DNA of 64,000 nucleotides from a virus (lineage: Duplodnaviria > Heunggongvirae > Uroviricota > Caudoviricetes), in the IMG/VR virus record IMGVR_UViG_3300032167_000002, positions 216,286 through 280,285 of that record. One strand, written 5' to 3'. The notes beneath the pieces are model-generated. The model did not search any database and was not told the DNA's origin. It saw nothing but the letters and a program-made list of their open reading frames with translations. This document shows, piece by piece, positions 37,516-48,744 of this stretch. Within the stretch, counting starts at the first letter, position 1. Each line of letters starts with the position of its first letter. A program made the position numbers and the translations under genes.

Positions 37516-38133
37516 TTAGAAAATCGTTGCCAAAATTTCAGCCTTGCGGTTGAGTTCTGCCACATCTTCTGCGGTGATTTCTCGCAGTTCGGGGAAGCGG
37601 TCATTGCCCAAGAGGGTCAGACCTTTTTTCTCGAAGTGGTCACGGATAACATCTTCCATAGCGAGTGCGTGATTTTTATTTTTGCAGGGATACCAACCAA
37701 GCACCACACCGCTGTCAGCTTCGTTTGCGTAGTCAACTGTGAAATGCTGATTTAGTCTGCGGATTGCATCGTCAGCCTTTCCGCATTTAATCCACAGGTG
37801 CTTGCCTTTCTTGTTGAAATGCTGAACGATGTAAGCACCGCAACCCTCTGCCGGAACATTAAAAATCAGATTGTGATTGACAAGAGTGGCAGGATTTGGG
37901 ATGCGACCTCTGCCCAACTTTTTCAGCTCTCGCTTGATGGGGTCAAGGATGAAGTATTTTGCCCAGGCGGTGCAGGCATTGAAAATGTCCTCGACTACTT
38001 TCCACCAACGACCTTGCCAATTCTTAGTGGCTGACTGGTATCTCTTGTATGCACCAACAAGGTCATTTCCATTGCGGTAGTCCTGCATTGTGAGGGTGGG
38101 GGTGGGGTGAATTGCGTGTACCATTTCAATCAT
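37516..38133 (-). CDS. Hypothetical protein with a GIY-YIG-like segment
   Basis: GAYIVQHFNKKGKHLWIKCGKADDAIRRLNQH. Confidence 0.3.
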   Translation of the reverse strand: MIEMVHAIHPTPTLTMQDYRNGNDLVGAYKRYQSATKNWQGRWWKVVEDIFNACTAWAKYFILDPIKRELKKLGRGRIPNPATLVNHNLIFNVPAEGCGAYIVQHFNKKGKHLWIKCGKADDAIRRLNQHFTVDYANEADSGVVLGWYPCKNKNHALAMEDVIRDHFEKKGLTLLGNDRFPELREITAEDVAELNRKAEILATIF

Positions 38134-38199
38134 TTCCTTTCGGCTTCCTTTGATGCTCTAATTATAGCACAACTTGATTTGTTTGTCAAGCATTTTTTT

Positions 38200-38760
38200 T
38201 GCCAAGTCTTATATTTTTCCGAGAAGATACTTGGCGAGAACCTCGTGGTTTTCCGGGGTAGTTTTCCTTCTCCCGCAGTAGGGGTGGTGGCTTTTGTATC
38301 CTGCGTATCCCCAACATTTTTTCAGCCTGTGGGGTCTGGTTCACATTTGTATACCGCAAACAGGAACACCTTGCGGTCGGGTCATCGGGTAATGGTCTTA
38401 CATACTCTCGTGGGAATCCGCCATCTTCGCGGTTGCCTTACCCTCGCCTTTTGTACCCTTATTGTATCACACTCTAAGGGATTTGTCAAGGGGTTTTCCC
38501 AACTTTTTCTCACCTTTTCGCGAGGGAGCTACTGGGGAGGATACTCGATTGGGGTTTCCCTCCCCCTTGACACCCTTATTGTATCACAACTTGGGTGATT
38601 TGTCAAGAGGGAAATTGAAATTTTTTCAACTTTTTTCGCTCTGTTATTGTCGGTACCGCTTCTCCTGAATCGGGCGCTACATTCGCGCCACAGTTTGCGT
38701 TCCCTCTTGACAATGATAGTATACCACAGACCGCACACAAAGTCAACTGGTAATGTTGCA
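38200..38760 (-). promoter_or_regulatory. Third tandem promoter array (at least four TTGACA-N17-TATAAT or TACAAT units)
   Basis: Repeats of ATTGTATCACA...TTTGTCAAG(A/G)GG with CCCTCTTGACA inverted partners. Confidence 0.55.
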
Positions 38761-38805
38761 CAAATTCGGGATTTTGTGGGATGATTATTTTGTTGAAATT
38801 GCCTA

Positions 38806-38834
38806 TTGACAAATTGCTGGGGCTGTGGTATAAT
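38806..38834 (+). promoter_or_regulatory. Conserved plus-strand antisense promoter, copy 3
   Basis: ATTGACAAATTGCTGGGGCTGTGGTATAAT. Confidence 0.5.
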
Positions 38835-38909
38835 GGAAATTCGCGCCCATGACAATCGTGGGCGCGCGGCCGAAAATTCAATAGAAAAAGCGAGGGTTTG
38901 ACCCCTCGC

Positions 38910-39146
38910 TCAGTTGAAGATTTTGATTTCTGCGTGACACGGCTCAACGATTTCGGTCGGCTCAATGCCGTAGATACTGCCCTCGGACAGGCTGACCGCA
39001 TTTACAAAGCCGTCGCACTCATCGCAACCGCACTCTTCAATTTTCAGCATGAAGCAGAGGTAAGTAGGAGACCAAAAGGTCTGCCCCTTACTTATCTCGC
39101 TGAAGCGGATACCGCGCTCTTGGCGCTGGTCGAGTATCTTCACCAT
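38910..39146 (-). CDS. Hypothetical protein (78 aa)
   Basis: ORF. Confidence 0.45.
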   Translation of the reverse strand: MVKILDQRQERGIRFSEISKGQTFWSPTYLCFMLKIEECGCDECDGFVNAVSLSEGSIYGIEPTEIVEPCHAEIKIFN

Positions 39147-39436
39147 TGTTCTTCCTCCTTCTTCTGTTTCTTCAGCAGGAGAACTACCCGTTCAAGTGCC
39201 ATCCGCACTTCATCACGGCAGGGTGCGTCTGCGTCGAGATAGCAGACCACATTCTCCAAAAGGGAGTTAGCCTCACCAACGAGGTCAACCCCGTACTTCT
39301 TGAACACAACCGCATCCCTTTCGGTATAAATCTCAAGGGGGTCGCCCTCTTTGATTTTCAGAGTTCTGCGGATTTCCTTGGGGATAACCACTCTGCCGAG
39401 GTCATCCACTCTACGAATGATACCAGTTGCTTTCAT
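39140..39436 (-). CDS. AbrB/MazE (SpoVT-AbrB) family DNA-binding protein
   Basis: GIIRRVDDLGRVVIPKEIRRTLKIKEGD. Confidence 0.7.
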   Translation of the reverse strand: MKATGIIRRVDDLGRVVIPKEIRRTLKIKEGDPLEIYTERDAVVFKKYGVDLVGEANSLLENVVCYLDADAPCRDEVRMALERVVLLLKKQKKEEEQW

Positions 39437-39492
39437 CTTCATCATTTCCTTTCGTTTTTGTACCTTGATTATAGCATAGAATTGGGGATTTG

Positions 39493-39771
39493 TCAATCCC
39501 CAATTTCACATTTTTCTACGAAATCGCTTGGCACGATGTAGTCCATTAAATCAATTTCGCCTGCGGTGGTTTTGGTCAATGGCAGTTTAGAGTTGGGGAA
39601 CTCTTCGAAAATTACATCGAGATACATCTTGACCTGTCCGCACAGATACTTGAAGCGGTCGAGCCGTTCTGTCATTCGGTCTTCTGTGGCGGTTAGCAGA
39701 CCTGCCAACTGGGCTTGGCTCATTTCTCCCAGTTTATCCAGTAGGTCTGCATAGCGGACTTCATTCATCAT
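39493..39771 (-). CDS. Hypothetical protein (92 aa)
   Basis: ATGA overlap with the next gene. Confidence 0.45.
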   Translation of the reverse strand: MMNEVRYADLLDKLGEMSQAQLAGLLTATEDRMTERLDRFKYLCGQVKMYLDVIFEEFPNSKLPLTKTTAGEIDLMDYIVPSDFVEKCEIGD

Positions 39772-39920
39772 TCTTTATCACCTCTCTTGAACTTTTGGCG
39801 GTTGTACTTCTTACCGCTTTCGACTTTGCTACCTCTGCGAGTGAAGATAAGCCATTGCTGTAATTCTTCACCAGTTTTCTTGAAGGCTCTGCGGTCGACT
39901 TTCTTATTCTTCTTAGCCAT
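39768..39920 (-). CDS. Small basic protein (50 aa)
   Basis: MAKKNKKVDRRAFKK... Confidence 0.35.
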   Translation of the reverse strand: MAKKNKKVDRRAFKKTGEELQQWLIFTRRGSKVESGKKYNRQKFKRGDKE

Positions 39921-40240
39921 TTTCAATCACTCCTTGTTCTTTGTACTTGTATTATACCACAACATTTACTATTTGTCAAGGACTTTTTTAGTCCCAAACA
40001 AAAGTATTTATCAGCTTGCCTTCGCCATCAAATTCCAGTTCCAGTTCTGCGTTGGGGTCAAGCAGAGTATCGACAGGGATGTGAATGCTTTTGGATGTGG
40101 GGAAATCGTAGATTTCTACATCTGCTCTTACTCTTGCCAGTGCTTTCTTAATGATTTCAAATTCAGTCATTGCTCTGTACCTCTTTCTTTTTTGTACCTT
40201 AATTATAACATGGGTTGGGGGTTTTGTCAACCCCCATTTT

Positions 40241-40549
40241 TTACATTTTCAGAAGAAATGCGTATTTCTTTTCGTTGCGGACAACAACCTTTTTCAGACC
40301 AGTAGGAACATTGCCGTTGAAGATTGCGGTCAGCTTCTTGATGGTAGCCATGTAGCCAGTTACCACTGTTCCATCATCTGCCCCCCGCACAAGAATAATG
40401 CCAGTGTCGGTGATGGTGTAGATGTGGCTGGGAGACCGAGGGTCGGGGATTTCGTAGGCAAACTCATTGTAGCCGATGTGGGTCATGCAAGCAACCAGTC
40501 GGTCCAGTCGCTCAACTCTTGCGTGGTAGCTCATTTTCATAGTAGTCAT
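40241..40549 (-). CDS. Hypothetical protein (102 aa)
   Basis: ORF. Confidence 0.45.
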   Translation of the reverse strand: MTTMKMSYHARVERLDRLVACMTHIGYNEFAYEIPDPRSPSHIYTITDTGIILVRGADDGTVVTGYMATIKKLTAIFNGNVPTGLKKVVVRNEKKYAFLLKM

Positions 40550-40826
40550 TTTATTTACCCCCTTATTTCATCCACCATCTTTTGGAGATGGTCACACAGC
40601 AGTTGTTCTTTACTTCGACTTTATACTTCTCTTTGCGGAAGTGGTTTGCTACATACTCGGCATTGTCATCATTGTCCGTGCAGTAGATTGCGGTGCGTTG
40701 CTCACGCAGTTGCTTGTAAATGTTCTGTAAAGTCTTGTACATGGTATTCATTTCCTTTCCTTTTTGTACCTTAATTGTATCACAGATGTTTTATTTTGTC
40801 AAGAGTTCTTTTTGGAAACTGGCAAT

Positions 40827-41027
40827 TTATTTTGCCAGTTTCCAGAGGATGTAACTCTCACCCTGTACGAAGTTATTCACTCCGATACCAGTGATGACAC
40901 CCGCCTTTTTCAACTCATCAAGCAGGTTGATGAGGGAGAAGCGATTGACCTGCAGGTACATCGCAATCTCACGCAGGCGAAGTCCGTTGGGATGGTGGGC
41001 GAGGAGTTCTCTAATCTGTTCTTTCAT
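40827..41027 (-). CDS. Winged-helix transcription regulator-like protein (start trimmed)
   Basis: GLRLREIAMYLQVNRFSLINLLDELKKAGVI. Confidence 0.5.
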   Translation of the reverse strand: MKEQIRELLAHHPNGLRLREIAMYLQVNRFSLINLLDELKKAGVITGIGVNNFVQGESYILWKLAK

Positions 41028-41187
41028 GGTAATCAATTCCTTTCTTGTTTGTATCTGTATTATAGCACAGGTTTCGGGATTTGTCAATACCTTTTTATAA
41101 ATTATTTTGCAGAATTTTATTTTTCTGTAGGTTTTATTTAGCGCAAATAACGCGCGCCAGATCCGTGGGCGCGCGTAGCAAAAAGGC

Positions 41188-41496
41188 TTAGCAGTACGCT
41201 AAGCCCATAGTCTTCCAGCAAAGGACGCTTATCTGATTGTGTGCTCTACCAATGGACATTGCCTCTCTCTTGGTGTTTACTCGGTAGCTGTGGTCGATGT
41301 AGTACACGCCATCACTGTACCATACACCGCAGTTGCCCTTCATCATACGCACTGCCTTGATGCACTCTTCTGCTGTGTGTGCTTCTACACCATAGTCAGC
41401 GACCTGCCAGCCGCTCTTGTATGTGATGACTTTGCCTGCCTTAATGGTCAAGCCTTCATTGTTAGCGAGCTTCTTGATTGTTCTTACATTGATCAT
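41188..41496 (-). CDS. Hypothetical protein (102 aa)
   Basis: ORF. Confidence 0.45.
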   Translation of the reverse strand: MINVRTIKKLANNEGLTIKAGKVITYKSGWQVADYGVEAHTAEECIKAVRMMKGNCGVWYSDGVYYIDHSYRVNTKREAMSIGRAHNQISVLCWKTMGLAYC

Positions 41497-41576
41497 TGTG
41501 TCTTACCTCTCTCTCTTTGTGTCTTTATTATAACACACAAAGATTTATTTGTCAAGCATTTTTTTTATTTATTTAC

Positions 41577-41699
41577 TAAAATAATTGTAGTAATTGTGGC
41601 AATAATAAAAAGCGCTACCAGACCAATCAAAGTCCAGCCAAGCCAAGCGGGACAAGTAGTTCCTTCGTAAACAAGTTCATTCATCCAGTAAGCATTCAT
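41577..41699 (-). CDS. 40-aa membrane peptide
   Basis: MNAYWMNELVYEGTTCPAWLGWTLIGLVALFIIATITTIILVNK. Confidence 0.35.
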
Positions 41700-42535
41700 T
41701 GTGTTTCTCTCCTCTCTCTTTGTACCTTTATTATAGCACAAGAGTGATTATTTGTCAAGCTTTTTTTTATTATTTATTCAATGACTTGTACTATCTCACA
41801 GTGGCAAGCCTTTACTGCACAACCATTGATCACCAATGTATTGTGTCTGCCAGAAGGATAGTATTGCACATACTCTCTCTCTACGATGTGCCAGCCTGCG
41901 CCAATGCGCTTGGCTGTGTAGTCTGTGGTGTACTTGTATCTTGCGTAAGTCTTCATTGTCTTGTGTCCTTTCTGTGGGGATTAATTCCACTGTCTGCTGT
42001 CTTGGTAATCTCTCACTGCATCCCAGATTTTATCATAGCTGTAATTGGCAGGTTCTCTTGCACCATCTGCGTTCTCTGCCCACTGTCTACCAGTAGTGAT
42101 GACCTTACCATTCCATCTCTTCTTCTGTGCCTTGTGTTCTCTTTCAATCTCTGCCTGCCATTCGTACATTTTGTGTACCTCTCTCTCTTCTTTGTATCTG
42201 TATTATAGCACAAAGACAGCGAGTTGTCAAGAGGTTTTGGGAAATTTTTTTATTTATTTTCTTCGTCATTTTGCACAAAAATTTTTTCGTAAGCAGATTA
42301 TTTATGCAAACTACGGCCTCGCCGCCTGTCAGCGGCTCGCTGATTGTGTGGGGGTGGAGGCCTTCACCAGCGTTTTCTCAGAAATTTCACAGACTATAGA
42401 CTTTGTGTTTTTCCTCAGATAGAAAACATAAACCGGGGGTGTATTTCGGGAAAAAAATTTTTTTATTTGGTCAAATTGTTTTTGTCTGGGCATAACAATC
42501 CCAGAATCGATTTTAGATTTCGGATTACGGGCAAA

Positions 42536-42577
42536 ATAAAACCGATAGGCCATTTCGACCTATCGGTAATTTTTTTT
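42536..42577. terminator. Bidirectional rho-independent terminator
   Basis: AAAACCGATAGG-CCATTTCGA-CCTATCGGT then T8. Confidence 0.65.
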
Positions 42578-43151
42578 ATCGGATGCTCGCATTAGTTACC
42601 GTATCACTACTTCCTACGTACTTCTCGACCATACCAATGATTCTATCTAAATCAACTTTATAATTATGATATGTATCTGTACTGATTGTTCCAGTACATG
42701 CAGTGGAAATGGTTGGATCATAAGCCAATTTATCACTTACTAAATTATCAATCGCTGTATTACCATCACAGCTAATTGAAATTGTGTATGGACTATATGG
42801 CTATGCAGTAGTTTCCAATGCTGCAACTTTATCGGCCGGGTTCACATACTTAAATGTAGCGTCCTCAGTCCAACGATCGGAAGACCGGGTCGCCGCAAAG
42901 TAATGCCAAACATATCCTGCGCCATCTTCTGCCGTGCCCCAGTAGTCAGTTTCAAAATAAACATCATCAGGTAACGGCCAACCAGTACCCCATGCCACGA
43001 CTTCAGTCTCTTGGACTTTATCAGTATCCACTACCGCCCATAATGTAGGCCATCCATCTTGCGTGCCGATGTACAGAACCTCAATGATATATTCTGCAAT
43101 TGTAATTGTTTGACCATCTCTTGGAAGTTTATACTTATAAATAGTTCTCAT
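42576..43151 (-). CDS. Hypothetical protein with one in-frame TAG (read-through of the track ORF 42801..43151)
   Basis: ...ALETTA-TAG-PYSPYTISI...NASIR then TAA. Confidence 0.5.
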
Positions 43152-43378
43152 TTTTTTTCATCCTCAGCTTCTTCTCCTGGCACTGGAATATGTTGAGTTA
43201 CACACATAAACCACTTACCATCAACAAAAGTAGTATAATAATCCATATCTTCTCCAAGGGCAATACCAAATTTTGCACGAATATGTGCAGGTAATGCAAT
43301 ACGACTTGCACTATCAATTTTATAAGTTTTACCCTCTGGAATTAACTATGCATTATCAATCCATTTACTTTGTGGCAT
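43148..43378 (-). CDS. AbrB/MazE-like protein with in-frame TAG
   Basis: MPQSKWIDNA-TAG-LIPEGKTYKIDSASRIALPAHIRAKFGI; TGA stop overlaps the next ATG. Confidence 0.5.
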
Positions 43379-43673
43379 TTAACATACACCCCTTTTCAAA
43401 ATCATATTTGTGGCAAAACATTGTACATTGACAATCATCTGATATTTTTTTACAAGGAACATAATCATCTAAGAGATGATGGATGTGCGGACACCGGTCA
43501 ATGAATCGGCGGAACCATTCATATCCATATAAATCAAAAATACGCTGTGCTTTGTAAAAATCTCTATCAATGCGATACTATTCTGTCATTGGATATTCTG
43601 CGGCCACCATGCGCTCACGCGACTCTTCCCACATATGCTCTACAGTCAATAAAATACTTATCCATTTATCCAT
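43365..43673 (-). CDS. Cys-rich hypothetical protein with in-frame TAG
   Basis: MDKWISILL...YPMTE-TAG-YRIDRDFY...; TAA stop. Confidence 0.45.
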
Positions 43674-43865
43674 GCAATCACCTTTTCTTTTCTAATATGC
43701 GGCGGCCAGTAGATCGGATAGACCAGTTCATCGTAGAACTCAACGAGGTTCATAATCTCTTCTGCGAGTTCCCATTCAGAGATATCTTCAGGATAACAAT
43801 ATACATGATATTCTTTTTCTTTTATTGTATGTGGAAAATATTCTCCAATTTCTATATATGCTTTT

Positions 43866-44093
43866 TTAACCTGGTCCATTTTCATCCCATCCTTCTGGTA
43901 AGAAATAATTAAGAATAGCTTCAAGGACATTGGCAATGGTAAAAATGGGTCCACCAATTATAAAAATGATACCAACAATTAATTGTTCGCTTGGCTTTAA
44001 ATCTTTACAATATGGTGCATAGTCAATCATTACCAAGAGTGACATTGCAGTCCACAGTATTATAATAATTATTCCACTGATTTCCAAAACCAA
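43866..44093 (-). CDS. Small membrane protein (75 aa)
   Basis: Two transmembrane helices. Confidence 0.45.
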   Translation of the reverse strand: MVLEISGIIIIILWTAMSLLVMIDYAPYCKDLKPSEQLIVGIIFIIGGPIFTIANVLEAILNYFLPEGWDENGPG

Positions 44094-44497
44094 TCATCCT
44101 CCCTTACTGCATAAACTAATGCATTTTTGATTATTACAGGTTTGAGAAGCTCTTCTAATTCTTCTTCTTCCAAATTTTCAATAAATTCTTTTCCATAATA
44201 ATCTTCCGGCTTATCTGTTGTAAGCATAAAAAATCCGATTATTTTCTTTTTTTCATATAGCGACCAATCAACAACTTTACCTTCGCTTGGTTGACCAAAT
44301 TTAACTTGTGCGATTACTGTTGCTGGATAATATTTTCCATCATAAGCTTCTTTCATTGCGCGAGGAGGTTTACCTTGTACTATATTTACTAGATTTTCCG
44401 TAACTACAAAGGTATTTTTTAGTACCTTTAATAACCAAAAAATAAATGCGGCCGCTCCGAGTAGTAGCACCGCGAGGATAGCTATAACAATGCCCAT
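44069..44497 (-). CDS. Membrane-anchored protein (142 aa), first gene of the minus operon
   Basis: N-terminal transmembrane helix; consensus promoter upstream. Confidence 0.5.
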   Translation of the reverse strand: MGIVIAILAVLLLGAAAFIFWLLKVLKNTFVVTENLVNIVQGKPPRAMKEAYDGKYYPATVIAQVKFGQPSEGKVVDWSLYEKKKIIGFFMLTTDKPEDYYGKEFIENLEEEELEELLKPVIIKNALVYAVREDDWFWKSVE

Positions 44498-44532
44498 AGT
44501 CTATACTCTATTCCTTTCTTTTTTCTTATAAT

Positions 44533-44561
44533 TATTATACCAAAAAATTTTTTCGTTGTCA
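44533..44561 (-). promoter_or_regulatory. Consensus sigma70 promoter (minus), divergent from the late promoter
   Basis: TTGACAACGAAAAAATTTTTTGGTATAAT. Confidence 0.6.
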
Positions 44562-44643
44562 AGTGATGTGCACCAGGGCAGAATTGGTTTATCCGATTGT
44601 TAGAAATTTTATATATAAGTTGGGAAAATTTTTTCGCTACGAC

Positions 44644-44672
44644 TTGACAAAAGAAAATTTTTCTGGTATAAT
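44644..44672 (+). promoter_or_regulatory. Consensus promoter (plus) at the head of the late module
   Basis: TTGACAAAAGAAAATTTTTCTGGTATAAT, then GGAGGT and ATG at 44701. Confidence 0.6.
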
Positions 44673-44700
44673 AGTAGTATCAAAGACTGGAGGTAAAGTG

Positions 44701-45753
44701 ATGATAAAATTAGATTACACTTTAGAATCTCCAGAAGAGAGAAAGGAATTGGTTGAGAAAATTCTCGCAGAGGTCGAGAATCCTTCCGAAGCTTATTTGG
44801 AAACTCTCGCTGATTACTTAGTTCTTTGTATGGAGAAACAAGAGAAAAAGGAGCGCAAACTACTGACTGATAACCGAATGGCTACCGTCAATAAGCGTGA
44901 AACATCCTATGAAGGTCTTGTTTCCCAACTGGAGAATGGCGAAGACGGCATATATAATATGATAACTAATAATAAGAATACTATTTTCCAACCGAAAGTA
45001 ATGATAACTAAACAAGATGTAGAAGAAATCCCTGGGATGAAGCAATTAAGAGAAGCCATCAAAATGTGGGAAACAAAATTGAAAAGTGCCTCCGGACGTG
45101 AAGCGTATATTATTAAGAGTGCAATTATTGAATTACGAAAGGATTAGTATGTATTAAAAAATGCATATCGCAAACCTATCGTATGTACTCAAGTTACTCG
45201 TTCAAGACATTTTATTCCTTTAGATGATGATTTTGATTTTGACGATGATGGTTTTGTAATTCCATAGGGAGTTTCTTTATGTGATCCAAAAGTTGTAGAA
45301 GCAATCTTATGTAACTATTCCTTATGCAAATAGGAAAGCTGGGGAGAGTTTGAAAAAGATCTATGGTATTTGATGGATGATTTTGATAGGGTTGCGGACG
45401 CCGCACTAAAGGAGTATCCTTTATATGAGCGTATTGTAGAATATAAAATTGATGGATTACAAAACATTGACATTCAAGAGAAAATTCAAATGGAATTTGG
45501 TATCAAGCATAGTTTAGAATATATTTCCAGTTTATGGCGAAATAAAATTCCTAAGCTAATTGCTTCTGAAGCTGAAGATCGTTTATTAGATTGGTACTTC
45601 CTGAACGAAATGAAAGGGAAGTATAAAAAATGCAGTAGATGCGGCCAGGTCAAACTGGCACACAACAAGTACTTTAGCAAGAATAAGACAAGCCGGGATG
45701 GTTTTTATAGCATCTGTAAGTGCTGCCGAAATGCTAAGGCCAAAAGTTCATAA
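44701..45753 (+). CDS. Hypothetical late protein with C-terminal zinc finger and three in-frame TAG
   Basis: Merges track ORFs 44563..45147 and 45370..45753 across TAGs at 45145, 45265 and 45331; C-terminus CSRCGQ...CKCC. Confidence 0.5.
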
Positions 45754-45796
45754 TTCTTGCCTGCTATTTTTATCTAAATAAAAAGGAGGAAAAATT

Positions 45797-46993
45797 ATGG
45801 CTGAAAGTTATTACTGTGAAAAATGTAATAGAACAATGGACGCTTCTTAGTTTTATAGTTCAAATAACTTAGAAAAATATCCTGATGGTAAATTAAGACA
45901 ATGTAAAAAGTGTATTACAATGCATGTTGATAATTTCAATCCTGATACTTATTTATGGATTTTACAAGAATGTGATGTCCCATATGTACCAGATGAGTGG
46001 AATAAATTATTAGTTAGTTATGCGAAAGATAAATCTAAATTAACTGGTATGACTATTCTTGGTAGATATTTATCAAAGATGAAATTAAAACAATATCGTG
46101 ATTATCGTTGGAAAGACACTGAGTTTTTGCAAGAAGTTGCAAATAAAAAAATTGAAGAAACTATGAAGCGTTAGGGATATGAAGCTGCGGAAATCGCTCA
46201 AGCGATCGCCACATCTACAATCCCCGTACCTACGGCTCCGTTACAAGAGCCGGTTTATGTTGAAGAAAATCCATTCTTAGCTCAAGGTAATGAAGATTAT
46301 TTTGGAGAAATTAATGGCGGTCAAGATGACTTTGTTGATGATTTGACTGAGGAAGATAAAACTTATCTTCGTTTGAAATGGGGTAAAACCTATAAACCAG
46401 AAGAGTGGATTAGATTAGAATAGCTATATGAGGAAATGATGGCCTCATATGATATTCAAGGTGCCGGACACATTGATACTTTGAAATTAGTATGTAAGAC
46501 ATCTTTAAAGGCGAATCAATTAATCGACATTGGCGACATTGAGGGCTTCCAAAAGATGAGTAAAGTTTATGACAGTTTGATGAAGTCTGGTAAATTTACA
46601 GCAGCTCAAAATAAAGCGGAATCTGGTGATTTCATTGATTCAATTGGCGAGCTGATTGAAATGTGTGAAAAAGAAGGATATGTTGAAAGATACTATGTTG
46701 ATTCTCCAAAAGATAGAGTTGACTTGACTATCGCGGATATGCAAAGATATACAAGAACTCTGATTGAAGAGGAAACTAATCTACCAAACATGGTTGAAAA
46801 GGCTCTTCGTGAAATTGATAAAGAAGATAAAGATAACGCGGCTAATGATGAGACCGATATTATTGATGATGTTGAAATCAGCTTAGATGACTTAGAGGCT
46901 ACATTGAAAGATTAGGATTTCTCTGATTTTGATGATTTCTTAGATGAAGAAGCTGCGGCCGACGCTTCATTTCTGAATGGAGGCGGAGCATAA
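45797..46993 (+). CDS. Late protein with N-terminal zinc ribbon and four in-frame TAG; possibly a terminase small subunit or packaging-associated protein (positional guess)
   Basis: MAESYYCEKCNRTMDAS-TAG-FYSS...; TAA stop overlaps the TerL ATG. Confidence 0.4.
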
Positions 46994-48732
46994 TGGCTCT
47001 ACAAGACTTATTGAATTTATCCACGCAACGGCGAAAGATTGGTCTTTCGCCCGAGCGTGTTGAGGCAGTAATGCCAGAGATCCGCAAATATGTTGCTTGG
47101 TGGAGAGAATATCCTGACTTATTCGTTGATTTTATGGTGCGTGGAACTCGCACTGAACCCAAAGATGGAGAGTTCCAATTTTATTTTTATCAAAGAGTTT
47201 TCTTGCGCTCAGTTATGAGATATTAGTATGTATATGCGGTTTTCCCTCGTGCATATTCTAAATCATTCCTAACTGTTATGGCATTGATGTGTAGATGTAT
47301 TCTATATCCAGATGCACACTTGTTTGTTACCTCTGGCGGTAAGGAACAGGGTGCAAGTATCTTATAGAGCAAAGTTGAAGAAATCTGTAGATTGATTCCA
47401 AGCTTCTCTCGTGAGATTGATTGGGGTCGTGGTAAAACTCTAACCGGTAAAGATAAGGTTCGATATGTTTTCAAAAATGGCTCTGTTCTTGATAACCTTG
47501 CGGCCCGTGAATCTACGCGTGGTCAGCGTCGTCATGGCGGCGTTATGGAGGAATGTGTTGGTATTGATGACCAAATCCTTCGAGAGGTTATTATTCCAGT
47601 TATGGCTATTTCTCGTCGTGCTAAAGATGGTACCACAAATGAGGGCGAACCGCTCAATAAATCACAGATTTATATTACCACTGCTGGTTATAAGGGAACA
47701 TTCCCATATGATAGATTAATTGGTTTCTTAGTGCGTATGGTTACTCAGCCTGACCGTTGTATGGTCTTAGGTGGCACTTGGCGCACACCAGTTGGTATGG
47801 GATTACAGAGTAAAACCTTTATTACCGACCAGAAGAATGAAGGTACTTACAATGAAGCTTCATTCGATCGAGAGTATGAGAGTAAGTGGTCTGGAACAGT
47901 TGAAGATGCATTCTTTAACGGAGAACATTTTACAAGAAATAGAAAATTATTACAACCTGAATACGAACATTCTGGTCGAAGTGCGGCCGGTGCTTACTAT
48001 ATACTATCAGTTGACGTAGGCCGTAAAGGATGCGATTCAGTTATTTGTGTCTTCAAAGTAACGCCATAGGCGCAAGGACCCGCAATCAAATCACTTGTAA
48101 ATATTTATACAATGTCTGATACTCATATGGAAGAACAAGCTATTATGATAAAGAAGTTGTATTATAGATACAAGGCTCGCACTGTTGTAATTGATGGTAA
48201 TGGTGTTGGTTTAGGTCTTGTTGACTATATGGTAAAATCTCAAGAAGATGAAAATGGCGATTTCTATGCAGATTTCGGTGTTGAAAATGATGATGAAGGC
48301 TATTATAAAAAGTATAGAACTAATAATACTGAATATGATGCTATGTATATTATCAAAGCAAATGCGCCGATCAATACTGAGTGTCACACCAATGCGCAAG
48401 TACAATTGCAAGCAGGTAAGGTAAAATTCTTGATTGATGAACGTGCGGCTAAGGAAAAATTATTAGGTACAGCTAAAGGTTAGAAAATGAAGCCTGAGGA
48501 AAGGGCAGAATATCTTAAACCATTTACCTTAACTTCCATATTGAAAGAGGAAATGATGAATTTGCGTGAAGAAAATGAAGGTATAAACATCATTTTGAAG
48601 CAGGCAAATCGTGGTATTAGGAAGGATAAATTTTCCGCTTTTGAATATGGATTATACTATATCAAACAAGAAGAAGATAGAAAGAAAAAGAAGAAGAAGT
48701 TTAACGTTGCTGATTATGCGTTTTACAATTAA
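46993..48732 (+). CDS. terL: Terminase large subunit with four in-frame TAG
   Basis: ATPase region ...AVFPRAYSKSF... and C-terminal RNase-H-like nuclease (ILSVDVGRKG, VVIDGNGVGLGLVD); 579 codons ending TAA. Confidence 0.65.
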
Positions 48733-48744
48733 GGAGGGTGAATT

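Noticed and set aside
28560-41230. GC hairpin elements interpreted as a family of plus-strand small RNAs with their own promoters.
   Set aside because: A clear plus-strand consensus promoter is present at only three copies. All copies carry U-rich tracts on the minus strand right after gene stops, so bidirectional terminators is the simpler explanation. Antisense transcription is kept as a separate finding.
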